Assembly: GCA_963693365.1 (NCBI GenBank)
Contig: CAVNZM010000010.1
Span: 9,010,554-9,074,553, forward strand
Reading direction: 5' to 3'
From: Amoebidium appalachense
Taxonomy: Eukaryota > Protista > Ichthyosporea
Length of the DNA: 64,000 bases
The position numbers and the translations under genes are program-made. The number at the start of each line of letters is the position of its first letter. Position 1 is the stretch's first letter. Below, one piece after another: positions 29,939 through 60,447 of the stretch. The notes under the pieces are model-generated. The model was not told the DNA's origin and ran no database searches. It was given only the letters and a program-made list of their open reading frames with translations.

Positions 29939-31092
29939 CTATGTGCGGCTGTACACCGCCTGGTCCAGCGGCATGTCCCACAAGTCTATGTCGCTCTTTT
30001 CCTCCCGCAGCCTTTTTTCCCTGACCATACTCTGCACAAACGGCCTGGCCGTGTAGCGGGCACATAGCACCCCCCCTGCGACCAGTGCGCCATCGATCGC
30101 CTCCCTCGTCCTTCCCCCTCCCTCGGCAGGCATCACCTCCAGCACCTTTGCTGTGAGCTCGACCGTGCTGTGTGCCCGTTTCAGGCCCCGGGGCCCCTGC
30201 CCACCAGCCGATGGGTCGAAGGTGATAGTGTTGACCCACGGGTCGCCCGCTGCGGACCGGTGGGTGTGCACACTGGCCTGCCAGGACTTTGCCCCCTTGA
30301 GCTCCAGGGGTTTGCTGGTGACCAGCTGCACGGCCAGTTGCACCACCCCGCACACTGCTGTTGGCCGGGTTGAGCTGTCGGGCCCGCCCAGGCGGTGGCC
30401 CGGCGCAAACGGTGTCACTGACTGCTGCTTGCAGCACGTATGCCACCGGGCCTGCCAGGCCGCACATGCGCACTGTGCGCAGCTGCGGGTAGTGGAACTC
30501 GTGCAGCAGCGCCCGCACTCCCTCTTTGGACACATTGCACCCGTCCAGCTCCACCCGTCTGAGCGTGGCGTGCACGGGCCCTGGGTTTATGCCTGGGGCG
30601 CTCACAGGGGCTAGTCCCGGGGCTACCACCCAGCGGTTGTGTCCGGGCTCCTTTAGGCCTCTAACCCTGTGGTACCACTGTGCACTGCGCTGGACGGGCG
30701 GAAGATACTCCTGGGCAGCAACCGCATACTCGTTCCGACGGCCAGCTGCAGCTGGTGGAAGATCAGCCCCGTCACGTGCGGGCAGTGGTTGAACCTGGCC
30801 GTCTGCAGGTACACCAGACAGCAAAGCAGGTTGCGTATGTGACGGTCTAGCAGCACGCTGCAGCCCGACAGGTCGATGGCAGTGATGGCGTCGATGGGCG
30901 TTCTGAGGCTCTCGGCGATAAAAAGAAGGGTATACTGGCGGTTGCTTTCGACGGGGCGGGGTGGGGGGCCTTGAAGGGCTAGAGTCCTTGTTGCAGCTGC
31001 CCGGGTCGGTACCGTGACAAGTGGCCGAAGATCCGAAGCAGAACATGTTCGGGCAGCAAAAGCAGCGCACTAGGCGAGTCGCCGCCGGCCAT
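29939..31092 (-). pseudogene. F-box/leucine-rich-repeat (FBXL-like) gene with disrupted frame
   Basis: ATG 31092 gives MAGGDSPSALLLLPEHVLLRIFGHLS (F-box). Cys-containing LRRs IDLSGCSVLLDRHIRNLL..ARFNHCPHVT and LRRVELDGCNVSKEGVRALL lie in different frames, and the C-terminal part is in a third frame. At least two frameshifts are required. Confidence 0.65.
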
Positions 31093-31836
31093 GTTGTTCA
31101 CCTACGCTGTACGCACTTGCCGTGGCCTTCCCCAACTTCGAATGTCTTTCACGGCGGACCGGTGATGCCTGCTCGCAAACTGACTTTTTGCGATTTCGCG
31201 CCAAAACTGATGATTGGTTGACACTGCGCGCTCTTTTAAATCAGACCAATCCCAATGAGCGCGTGGCATGTGGTTATCGATTGACAGCAGTAACAGCGCA
31301 CCTTACATAGGAGCTCTTACAAATGTTAATATTCACACAATAAATAAATTAATGTGATGTTATTGCAGTATCGCACATGCACATATATATTCAGAAGCCC
31401 GTATTTTGGGCTTGCATCAACATAACTTGAGGTTGCGTACCCATGGGCCAATACTCATTTCATCGGATTGTTGCGACTCCCGAGCCATGTGATTGGATGA
31501 TAGCACGTGCAATGTCTAAGGTAGCTCAAATGACAATATGACTGCGCCATTCTTACATGAGATTTGTTGGTTGCTGTAATATAATATATAAATGAATACA
31601 TATGAATATGGGTTGAAAAGCTTTATGAATTGTATTGTGTCCGTCATCACGTTTTTTCAACGCCCGCCAACCTCAGATACATACCAGGCTAGACCAGCTA
31701 AGTTGTCATTGGTTTAATGTCAGCTGCGCGCGCTGTCCGGCGCATTCCAAGATGATTGGGCCTGGAGCTAAAAACAGGCGGCCTGGCAAGGGCATCATAC
31801 ATTGTTTTCTTTCCTCGGCTTTACCTAGTTGCCCAA

Positions 31837-32465
31837 GCTTGGTGCGCCTATGCTAGAGGGGATCCACACCTGCCTTTTGGCAGTGCCCCCGGCCGTGGTG
31901 CCGTGTTATAGCGGAAGGGGCCGTTTTATGTCTGTTACCCTGTAGGCTTGGTACGCCTATGCTAGAGGGGACCCACACCAGCCTTTGGCAGTGCCCCCGG
32001 CCGTCGTGCCGTGTTATAGCTGAAGGGGCTGTTTTATGTCTGTTACCCTGTAGGCTTGGTGCGCCTATGCTAGAGGGGACCCACACCAGCCTTTGGCAGT
32101 GCCCCCGGCCGTGGTGCCGTGTTATAGCTGAAGGGGCCGTTTTATGTCTGTTACCCTGAAGGCTTGGTGCGCCTATGCTTGAGGGGACCCACAACACCCT
32201 ATGGCAGTGCCCCCGGCCGTGGTGCCGTGTTATAGCTGAAGGGGCTGTTTTATGTTTGTTACCATGTAGGCTTGGTGCGCTTATGCTAGAGGGGACCTAC
32301 ACCAGCCTATGGCAGTGCCCCCGGCCGTGGTGCGGTGTTATAGCTGAAGGGGCTGTTTTATGTCTGTTACCCTGTAGGCTTGGTGCGCCTATGCTAGAGG
32401 GGACCCACACCAGCCTATGGCAGTGCCCCCGGCCGTGGTGCCGTGTTATAGCTAAAGGGGCCGTT
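31837..32465. repeat. 108-bp tandem repeat, ~5.8 highly similar copies
   Basis: Units start GCTTGGTGCGCCTATGCTAGAGGGGACCCACACCAGCC at ~31837, 31946, 32054, 32162, 32270 and 32378. No unique spacers. Confidence 0.95.
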
Positions 32466-33947
32466 GTTCTTCACTTTCAACATAACCTTCTGCCACTTGG
32501 GTGCTTGTGAGCACGGTGGCACTTTTTCATGAACAAAGAGGTTACCAGCGTGCCGAACTACGGCGTTTGTGCCTCCTTAGCAGTCGTAACGGTTTTTGTT
32601 CTTTGCCCACAGATGTGTGTGTGCTTACGCATCTAAATGTGTGTTCCCTTGTGCACGTCATGCTCTCTGAGTCTCCAGGCCAGCTTTGTTATTGGTGTGT
32701 AAGATTACGTTGTAGGTTGTTGTATCTGATAGTGCCTGCTGTGTGCCCTCGGTGTTTGGTGTTATGTGATTTGGCAAGTATGAGTGTTTTTTGCTTGTGT
32801 GCACACCTGTATTGTGTGTCATGCTTTTGTGTTTGTACACTGCAGGTGGATGTGCTTTAGTGCAGTGTTGGTGGGTGGCTGCGCATAACTACGGAATACT
32901 GTACGTGACAGCAGCTCTAACTTTGTGCACACGTCACATGTAACTGACAACTTTCAATGATTCGTCAGTTCAGAGAGTTGGTGCATGCTTCTGCAAAAGC
33001 CATGAAGTATGCCACAACGTGCATCTATGCGCGGTTGTTTCCATGCACGATGAAGCCAGGCTTGTCTGATGATCTTTTGTCACTTTGTATCGTGCACAAC
33101 TTGGCAGGCACCTTTAGCGCTCGATAGCAAGTTTTGCGTATCTCTGTCAACATCTGCTTATGTTTATGAGGATAAACAAACGAACGTACAACGTGCTATA
33201 TACTAAAGGTATATCAGTACAGGACCATGCCATAAAGAGTGGCTTACTCTTGACTCCTCCGATATTCGGTCTAAGTGTGTGTTGTGTGTGTGTGTGTGTG
33301 CGTGTTTCTTCACGCCCGGGGCCCGGTGTGTTTGTGTGTGTGTGTGCGTATGTATATGTGCGCGCGCGTGTGTTTGTGGGCATGTGTGTGTGTGTGTGTG
33401 ACTAGTGTGTGGGTGTATGGGTGTGTGTATACAAGTATATGTGTGCATGTATGTGTGCGTGCGCCGATGATCCGTGTACGTGTACGTGTGTTTTCCTCGT
33501 GCACAGTCGTGCGTGCCCGTCGCACAGCGTGTGATCATGACAGTGCACCTTGACGTTCAAGATCTTGTGTGACGCCCTGCTGTGTTCCTATACATTTCCC
33601 CACGTGCACCTCTGCTATCGTAGACTCTTTAAGGGCCGAAGTTAGCATTACCGAAGTTGTGTTTTCTTGTTTTTTGTGCGGCTGGAGATCTATGATAAGG
33701 AGGAGGAGGAGACGAAGAAGAGGGTGGGGGAGGGGAAGGGGAGGGGGGGGGGGGGGGGGGGGGGGGAATGGGGAGGATCCAGGAGAGGACTGCACGGTCC
33801 TAGGCCCATTTATTGCTTAATTATAAAAACAGCCACGTTGCTCTGACGGTCGCCTGGAGAAACTGTTTCCAGTCTGTTATCCAGTACTCTGTGCGTTTGG
33901 ACTAAACACCGTTGCAAGGCCTCTCATCCAACATCCTCCATACTAGC

Positions 33948-34262
33948 GGCACACCCTGGCTAAGGGTACTCTTAACTGCACACCCTAGCTAAGGCCTTCT
34001 AAAGGGCACACCCTAGCTAAAACCTTCTAAATGGCACGCCTTAGCTAAGGCCTCCTAAGTGACACCCTAGCTAAAGCCTCCTAAAAGGCACACCCTAGCT
34101 AAGGCCTCCTAGATAGCACGCCCTATCTAAGGCCTCGTAAATAGCACGCCTAGCTAAGGCCTCCTAAATGGCACACCCTAGCTAAGGCCTCCTAAAGGGC
34201 ACACCCTAGCTAAGGCCTCCTAAATGGCACACCCTAGCTAAGGCCTGCTAAATGGCACACCT
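33948..34262. repeat. 28-bp minisatellite GGCACACCCTAGCTAAGGCCTCCTAAA(T/G), ~11 copies
   Basis: Directly visible. Copies are more degenerate on the left and more homogeneous on the right. Confidence 0.95.
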
Positions 34263-34584
34263 TAGGTATGATGTATATATGTCGGGTCTTGCAATTGCAG
34301 TTTTGTCCTATTTATAGCTGCTTCAAGTCGTTGATGAAGCCTTCGCTCGCGAACGGGCATACACTGGGCCAGTCTGTTTGTAACTGAGTTACCAGCTGTG
34401 TTTGGCCGTCTAATAATAGCTCCTACATTTTTCGCCCCCGTCACTTGCACTTGCCGTTTTGAACGCGCGCGCACCGGTACCTTTCCCCTCAGGTCAGCCG
34501 GACAGGCGACCGTGTGTGCTTGAGCAAGCCCATCGTTCCCCTGCAGCTAGGCAACCCCCGGCCCGCGCGGGCAGCTACGGCACT

Positions 34585-37423
<2,839 letters not shown>

Positions 37424-37559
37424 TGTGTCTGCGTGTGTGTGTGTGTGTGTGTATGTGTGGGGGGCGGGGGGGCGGGGGCTGAGGGGGTGTGTCTTTGCTC
37501 TAGGTTAAGCCGCATTGCGTATGGTGGGATTGTAAGGCTGACTTTCCATGTAGCTTATT

Positions 37560-37598
<39 letters not shown>

Positions 37599-37981
37599 TT
37601 TTAAGGACGGGCAGATATGCATGTGTGCCCTTTTATATACATAGATATATATGTAGATGGTATGAATGACGTCACCTCATGCAGGTGTATGTGGGTACCC
37701 TCTATCATTAGATAGCCTTACTCACTATTGCATCTAACTAATATATGCTCTATTAGGCAAAAGCCCCTTACTGTATATTGGTATTCCTATTCATCATCAA
37801 TGTATCAAACCAGCTCACACATAATTGCTGTTTCCAAATAAATAAGGCTGCAATCAGCCCTGGTGTACATGTGCTCGTCTGCAGCCATGGCATCTCCGAC
37901 TGTACGTACAGTTCAAATGGTACCCAGTGGCAGCCATGAAGAGGGAACGTGCAGGGTGTTGTGTATCTATGCAGGTGTTAA

Positions 37982-38435
37982 CGAGGATGAAACCATGCAA
38001 TTGCGGCGATCGGTCTCCGGGCCAAATTCATATGAAACACAGGGTTACATCGAGAGTGAAAAGGTACACCAATTATGCGCTAGAGCTATAATTTTTGCAT
38101 GATAATTATGAAAATAGTGTTTTCTTCACGTTTGGTACAGAAAAATTTTAACTCGATTGGTTCAGCGTCAGCGACAGAAAAACCAACTGCACCAAATCTG
38201 GTACGTTTAAATGGTACTGAAATGTACCAGATTTGGTGCAGTTGGTTTTTCTGTCGCTGGCGCTGAACCAATTTTCTGTACCAAACGTTTGAAGAAAACA
38301 TTATTTTCATAATTATCATGCAAAAATTATAGCTCTAGCGCATAATTGGTGACCTTTTCACTCTCGTTATAACCCTGTGTTTCAAATGAATTTGGCCCGG
38401 AGACCGATCGCCGCAATTGCATGGTTCCAGCTACC
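37982..38435. mobile_element. Fold-back MITE with ~220-bp inverted arms and TTAA flanks (Kolobok-like)
   Basis: AACCATGCAATTGCGGCGATCGGTCTCCGGGCCAAATTCA... is mirrored by ...TGAATTTGGCCCGGAGACCGATCGCCGCAATTGCATGGTT. Centre ~38210. TTAA lies symmetrically at 37978-37981 and 38436-38439. Confidence 0.85.
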
Positions 38436-38911
38436 TTAATTGCAGTAACTAGGTGTTCGTGTGCATGCATGTTTAAGCACATTTGCACAGGCGTACACGT
38501 GCGCACACACAGTTCATGTGTGATCGTACACTTTCAAATATGTGTGCATTTATGGCTGTCTAGTGGTGGTTGTGTTAGTGTTTGTGTTCGTGCAGGTGCT
38601 GGTGTTGCCCTTTACGGACAGAACTGCGCATGCATGTACACAGACCCAGTTGCACTGATTGTTCGTTCCATTAGTCACACCCAGCCCCAGGCCGGGAGGC
38701 TGCCGTTATCGGTATTGTAATTACAAATATTGATTAATTGCCGTGGCCAGCGTGGTTTCACTCTGCCCCACCACCCATGCCCAATACATGCATTACGCAA
38801 CCTCCCCAATTGCAACTAGCTACGACTCAAAAACTCTCAACGTCAAATATATTTGGAAATGAAACAAAAATAAAACAATAAAAATACAAATCCATTCCAC
38901 ACCAGCAGCAA

Positions 38912-39463
38912 TCACCTTGCATGACGCTGCCTCCACACAAATTCCTGTACATACTTTGAATACCCCCCTAGGCCCGCGCCCAAATTAGGGCGTGGCCTGC
39001 ACGAGTCTGCACACACATAGACCCCCAGCACCCCCCAGTCCAGCCCCCACGTGGTGAGCCTCAGCAAAAAGAGTGCCTGCGGAAGCACCTGGAAATCCAG
39101 CTGCCGCGGGCTGCCGCACTGCTCGCAAGGGGGAATGTCCCCCGGGAGCGGTGCCCCCAGCCCCCCCTCCCACACCGCCCCTGCATCGTTCCCCCGCAGA
39201 AACCTCACTACCTGCTCGGGGTTCCTCATTAGTCGCCGCCTGAAGTTATCGAGGAGGGGGTCCCCGCTCAGTGCCGGCATGTCCTCATCCTCGTTAGTGT
39301 CCTCATCATCCTCGTCGTTGTCCTCTGTGTCGCTAACCACCTCGTACTCGGGCAGTAGTGCCCTCGATACCTCTCTAATGTCTTCCTCGGTAGGGGGTGG
39401 TGGCTCGGTGCCCGGAGGCTTGCCGCATGTGTCTTTGTGGCCCATGTGCTTCCAGTGTAGTAG

Positions 39464-39554
<91 letters not shown>

Positions 39555-39993
39555 GTGTTGCATGTTTTCAAGAGGGGGGGGGGGGAGGGGGGGGGGGGGG
39601 GGGAGGGAGTGTGAGCAGGCAATTGCCATGTATAGCTCAACTTGCGGCATCCGATAGTTGCCGTGATCTGTCTCGTCACAAGGCCGTCATCTTCAAGCAA
39701 CACAACAAAATGCCGCCACAAACCATGCAGGGCTGCAAAGAGTAGTCTCAAGTTTTTGAAGATCCAACACCCACTTCACTCTTATAACAATGTGTCCTAT
39801 GAATAAACCATACACTGAAATATTCCCCCCTGTCTCCCCCCTCCCCCCCCCCCCCTCCTCCCCCCTCCCCCTCTTCTCTCCCCCCCCCCCCCCCCCCGAA
39901 CAAACAGACACACACAAGACAGCCACCACCACCTTCACCACCTTCACCCACCCACCCACCCATCCATACAACACACGCACCATCCACCCGCCC

Positions 39994-40043
<50 letters not shown>

Positions 40044-40070
40044 TTCTCCCCCCAACACACACACACACGG

Positions 40071-40102
<32 letters not shown>

Positions 40103-41084
40103 AGCACCACAATTTCATGCCCACACAGCCACCAACCATCAAAGCACACAACCCCCGCGCCCTCCCCTCTGATGACGATGAGTCTGGACCCATAGGGTGG
40201 AACTACAAATACTTCACAGGCAGCCCGCACACCATCATGAGATGCCCTGCCACACACACACACCCTCACTCATGCGCGCAAGCACACACACACACACACA
40301 CACACATTCTCTTCCCCTCTCCCCCCCCTCCCCCCCCTCCCCGCATCCACACACACATATTCACCACTCCCCCCTCCTTCCCCCTCCCCCCACACACACC
40401 CCTCCCCCCCCCCCCCCCCCCCTCTCCACCCATTCCCAATCAACAACCACCACAAAAAAAACCTTGCCCAAAGCAAGCAATGCCCTCCAGCCACCCACCC
40501 ACACACACCTGGTGGTCTCGTGAGCAGTATCTAGCCAGCTGGCACTGCGAACACTTGCTGTCCCCCCTGCACCCACACACCCAGCACAGTGGGCCGTATC
40601 GTCCTGCCTCCCCCAACTCATCCCCCGTCTGTGCATCCACCGCACTGGCCCTGCGTGGAGGCACAACCCCGTAGAAGTCATTCTGCCGGCCCAGCTGGGA
40701 TCTCAAGGCCCGGATGCAGTCTGGGCCCTGGGCATGGCAGGCCGCATGGCTGCACACAAACAGAAACACTGTGCGGTGGTAGGCCTCGGGGTCCCCGTGG
40801 TTGGTCGTGTAAACCTGGGGAGGATGGTGGATGATTTGGTGTTTTGTCGTTGAAAGGAAGGAGAGAAAGGTAACAAAAGGCTACGACATGACGAGGGGGA
40901 GGGGGAGGAGGGGGGGGGGGGGGGGGAAGGGGAGTGGGAGGTGAAGTTGGGAGGGTGGGGGAGGGGGGGGGGGGGGGGTAGGGATTAGCCGTGGGAGACA
41001 AGCGACACAAATAAAAGATGGTTGGTGTGTGTGTGTGGTGTCTGACTGCCTTTGTGCCTGTGTGTTTGTGTCTGTGTGTGCCAC

Positions 41085-41146
<62 letters not shown>

Positions 41147-41608
41147 CACAGCGTGTGTGTGTAGGCCGGGGGGGGGAGGGGGGAGGTTATGTGTGTGTGT
41201 GTTCTCCAGTCTGTAGACCTGCGGCTTGCCAGTCTACGAGTGAAGGGGAATGGCCGGGTAACACTCAGAGTGCCAGTCGCCTCTGAAAACGTGTGGGGTC
41301 CAGGTGTTCTTTTAATACATTTATGGAGGACAGGGGGGGAAGGGGGGGGGGGGGGGGGGGGGGGGGGGGAATAATGATGGCAGGCTGTGCAAACTAGGTG
41401 AAATAGCAGTGTGGCACGAAGGGGGCCGGGGGAGGCGGGTAAGTACAGAAACTAAACAGCACCATGGGTTGTAACCAGCAACTGGCAGACTGATCTACTT
41501 GAGGTTAAAAGCGACATGTGGGAGGAACAGTTGCGGCAACCAAAAGAAAGATATGTGAGAGGTTCAAGAATCCGGGTGCATGAGGGCCGGGGGTGGGGGT
41601 GGGGGCGT

Positions 41609-41642
<34 letters not shown>

Positions 41643-42206
41643 GGGAGGGTGCGGGGGGGTTGGAGGGGAAGGGGGCGGGGAGGTAGAACTTAGGAGGGTG
41701 GTAGGGATAGGGGAATACAAAAGCTCATCTGTGCACGGAAACGTTAAAGAATTGCGGGCAGAGTGCACGAGAGTAGTGAGGGGTGGAGGTGCGCAAACAG
41801 TAACACAGCGCACGTGTATGCAAGCAGGTGTGACTCGTGTCTGGAACGATGCGTGTGTGCATGCCCTTGCAGCATATGTGTGTTCTGCGTTTGTGGTCCA
41901 CTATGTGATAACTGTATATGTTGCGAGTGCGGGATCTGGCCCCGTGTGTGCCTGCAGGCTCTACCCTGCACGTGCACGTGCGTGCCCCCACCTGCAGTAG
42001 AAAGGTCATAGGGCCCTGGCAGTAGCCACACTGCAGGCTGGCAGGCGACGGCAGGTCTCTGAGGTCCAGCCACGCAGGCCGCCCACCCGCCTTTGAGGGG
42101 TGGTAGCGCGAGCGCAGCACGTAGCCATTCTCTGGCACCTCTAGAAACCCCAACTCAACCACCCCCCCCGGCTCTCCTTCGGCACCTGGCCTTGCCGCCA
42201 CGCCAT
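38912..42206 (-). CDS. PDCD2: Programmed cell death protein 2 (PDCD2/Zfrp8, uS5 chaperone) with a MYND finger
   Basis: Exons ~42206-41992 (VELGF...PSKAGGRPAWL...CGYC..PMTFLLQ), 40814-40509 (VY...YHRTVFLFVC...LRSQL..NDFY; MYND CWVCGC...CSQCQLARYCSRDHQ) and 39463-38912 (HWK..HK..C; PEQVVRF; IPPCEQCGSPRQLDFQVLPQ; LDWGVLGVYVCADSC; EFVWRQ). ATG 42206 is out of frame across a homopolymer at ~42162-42168, likely a sequencing indel. Confidence 0.93.
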
Positions 42207-43295
42207 CGTCCGCGTGCCTGGGGACGTGCGTATGTGCTACTAACAGCGTATTGTGCGCCCGTATCTACGCTCGCTGCCTCCCCTACACGACAACACAACC
42301 AAATAACGTGCGTGCCTCTCCGAGCACCCCTACCACACTGCCATGGTGGTGGCTTCCCTCAATCAGCTGATGCTTGCCGGCGCAATGAGACGTGAGACAC
42401 GCTGTCTTCTGCACGCGGCCACTTCTATACCAAAGTAGCACTATAAACGTATTATTCCTGCCTTGTATGCGTAAAACTGCACGCGTTGCCAAGGGTCACT
42501 CTTCTCCCTTGTTTCCACGAAAACTTGAACGCGCTAAGAGTGACCATATGCATAAGACGATGTTCGTGCGTGCGCGCCCAAGTTGCGTGCCTGCTGGTGT
42601 TCGGGTGACGATTAAAATTATGCGACCGTTTAGCCTTACGTAAGTAGGTCATAGCCATTCATGGTGTGTATGTAGGTGTTCCTATTGACTAAACATCACG
42701 GTAGGCTCAGAGCTTGTGCAACACCAATCATCGTTAACACTACTTGACCAAATATGGAAAGCAAAACAATCTTTGACGTCACGCGTGACGTGATTTGTAT
42801 TTGTACATGTCCCCCTCGAGAAATCCTCGAGACTCCCCGTTTGCTCTTGAACGACTTTTGACCGAGTTCTTGAACACTTCGTAAAGAGTTTTTTTTTGAG
42901 GCCCCGGCTCGGTCACAGTGTCAGAGTGCTTTAGCGTGCCTGTCGCCAGGGCTGCTGTACCTGCTACTGCTAGTGTTTGTGCTTCAACCATTATATGCAG
43001 CCTCCCTCTCGTGCACGGCGCCCGTGGCCGCCGGCCTACAGCGAACATGTGAAATGGCAGGATCCCAACCCCGAAAGCATGCACATGAATAAGCATTTGC
43101 AAGGAGCAATCGCCTGAATTGATCACTTGTTCGTTGTGCTGAAATCTTTCTTCGCATTGAACAAATGATCCCGTCGCGGGCGTCGTCTCAGCTGCCCGTC
43201 TCTACGTACACACCTTTACGTGATACACAAGCCTTAGTGACTCACACAGCAACACACCCACACACGCAAAGCACGCATGCTCACGCATGAACCAC

Positions 43296-43328
<33 letters not shown>

Positions 43329-43512
43329 GTCACACACGCGCGTGCGCACACACACACACACACACACACGCACGCACACACACACACACAGACAGACACA
43401 CAGACACACAAAACCAATGCGCACACACACATGCAACACCCACACAGACAGACAGACACGTGAACACAGACTCGCACTCAACCAGGACACACACTTACCC
43501 ACACACCCACAG

Positions 43513-57691
<14,179 letters not shown>

Positions 57692-57929
57692 CATCCTCGA
57701 ATGAATCCTTGTGACATAAACGAATGGATGTATGATCCGAATTAGAGTTGGGGCTGGGCTCTCCTGGGATGTATAGATTCTTCTAGGCCCTGCTAGCAAT
57801 TTAGTGTGCCAACACAAAGAGTTGGTTAGTCTGGAGGTGATGTGTGCTTCATGTGTCAGCACAGTAGCATAGCGGTCATCTGGTGATGGTGAGGCAGAGT
57901 GCACATAAATGGTGCTAGGGTGGGTGAAA

Positions 57930-57966
<37 letters not shown>

Positions 57967-58448
57967 GTCGAATGATAATGCAGATCAACTCCTGAATCAT
58001 GATGAGTATGAAAGTATGTGTGACCGGCTGGATCCGATCAATTGCAATCAACATTTATTACGAATATTATTCGCATGTGTCGGCCTGCAGCATTGAGCCC
58101 ACGGCCCTAATCACTATAGGCCAGTGCCAGCCAACCTGATGGCGTGGCCGCAGAGCAGAGGATTGTAAACGATACTTCGACGTATTTCAAAAAATATGCA
58201 CACACCCCACCCCACCACTGGGCCACCACCACCACCACCCACCACCCATCCACCCCCTCACGTCGATATTACTGTGCACATGACCACCGCTGCCATGTCC
58301 TTAATTCGACCCTTATAACTATTTGCACCTGCTTGCCGTTCGAAGAGAGATTATTCGTTAGAAGATGTCTCCATCTGTGTAGGCCTAGGAGATATCTGTA
58401 GAAAGCTTTAGAGCCCGCTAGGCAGCGGCCTCGACTGGGGCTGAGGGA

Positions 58449-58489
<41 letters not shown>

Positions 58490-58705
58490 GCAGAAAGAGA
58501 TTAGGAGAGATCGACACAATGCATGACACACCACACAGAACAGAGTAGCATATCTATATGTGGGGGAAAGTGGGTGCCACGTTCATAGGTGCAATCGCTG
58601 GGGATAGGGTTATACATGGTATTGGCACATGCATGCAGCGGCACAGCTTGTTCGACACGCACCATCGACTATACATGGCCATGTGATTTTGTGGGCCACA
58701 TGTGT

Positions 58706-58746
58706 AGAGCTGCTCTGGCACTTGAGTTGGTGATTTGTGTGTGTGT

Positions 58747-58784
<38 letters not shown>

Positions 58785-58925
58785 TGAATGCGGAACACGG
58801 TACGAAGTACGCACACACGAAGGACACATGCAAAGGCAAACATTCAAGTATGCAACATCAGCCATGCGCACAGTATGCGTCATAAGCAGAGCCCAGAGCT
58901 GCTCCGGCACTTGAGTTGGTGATTT

Positions 58926-58995
<70 letters not shown>

Positions 58996-59140
58996 TGAAT
59001 GCGGAACACGGTACAAAGTACGCATACACGAAGGACACATGCAAAGGCAAACATTCAAGTATGCAACATCAGCCATGCGCACAGTATGCGACATAAGCAG
59101 AGCCCAGAGTTGCTCCGGCACTTGAGTTGGTGATTTGTGT

Positions 59141-59188
<48 letters not shown>

Positions 59189-59385
59189 GAATGCGGAACA
59201 CGGTACGAAGTACGCATACACGAAGGACACATGCAAAGGCAAACATTCAAGTATGCAACATCAGCCATGCGCACAGTATGCGTCATAAGCAGAGCCCATC
59301 CTCAGGGAGGGCCCAAGTCATCAATTGCGTCTGAGTTTCGACCCCTTAGCCCGCGTATATACGACTCTCCAACTCAGACAGCAGC
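58706..59385 (-). repeat. Three tandem ~190-210-bp units plus a unique head of the poly-C-terminated dispersed repeat
   Basis: Units begin at ~58706, 58894 and 59105 and differ mainly in (GT)n and poly-G length. 59186-59385 is the reverse complement of 5413-5630. Confidence 0.9.
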
Positions 59386-60080
59386 ATCAACTGAACTTGG
59401 GAGGGTCAACCCGTCTTGATCAAAGACGAGCAGGTTGCTTATGCAAGCAAGGTGAGCAAAACGGTGAATGTGTGTGTGCAAACTAATGCAGTGCAGCGGA
59501 AAATGCGTATGTGCTTACAGATGCACGACACAGAGCAACCATGCCCGGTTGCATGGAAGTAAAGGGGTAAAAGGGAAGGATCACAGGTTTGATCACCAGC
59601 TGGAAGCTAATATTAGCTTGCTTATATTCGTTTCACACATTGGCGGTGTGCACAGCATGATCAGATGTCGCCATAGGAGATAATGCTAAGCCTAAACCTA
59701 CACATAACACTGTTCATGGTGTGAACCTATTAGCATCATACAAATTTAAAGACGGTCATATAGCCTTAGGTGCAAAAAAATATACCTACAATGCAACCTA
59801 CACATTTTTCTTGCTTCGTACTCAAAAGATAGAAACAGGTTAAAACACGTTCATTCATAGTAGCATGGTCGTGGTACCAACAACCATGCTAAAAAAAATC
59901 GATCACACGCACAGACCAATCAGGACATGCGATTGCACGTGAAACAAACACATGCTTTTGGCTGTTTGTCATCGTCATTCTACGTCCCCCCCCTGTAAGT
60001 GCTCATTGCCACCAAATACCATGCATCTAACCTAAAAACAGTATCATCCACGTGCAAAAATTCGCAGATTCCATATTAAA

Positions 60081-60365
60081 TCATTTGCACCAATCAGCCT
60101 CCGTCGCATTTGCACCCCCTCGATTTCTCAGCTCACCGGTGACCGCCCCCGCCACAGTCGCATATTTGCACTCCTCCTGCAGGGGAAGCAGCCTATTGGC
60201 TGCCTCGTCCTTGGATCGATCCGATTTGCCTTTTTTGGTAAGCATGGTTACTGCTGTGCCAACAATCTTCGAGAACCAGAATCCGTTGAGGAGCAGAAAG
60301 AGAATGCCGAACCCGTCCATGCAGACAATCTGCACCGTGCTGTACTTGTACATGTGCGATGTGGG

Positions 60366-60447
<82 letters not shown>

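Noticed and set aside
31837-32465. 108-bp array as a CRISPR array, repeat protein, or hammerhead/twister ribozyme multimer
   Set aside because: There are no unique spacers or cas genes, and the context is eukaryotic. One unit has an in-frame stop. The CUGANGA/GAAA and twister cores could not be assembled.
33948-34262. 28-bp repeats as CRISPR direct repeats
   Set aside because: The units are head-to-tail with no spacers.
42779-43126. 115-aa minus-strand ORF between PDCD2 and the EamA gene
   Set aside because: It has no recognisable motif or splice support and lies in a probable divergent promoter/5' region.
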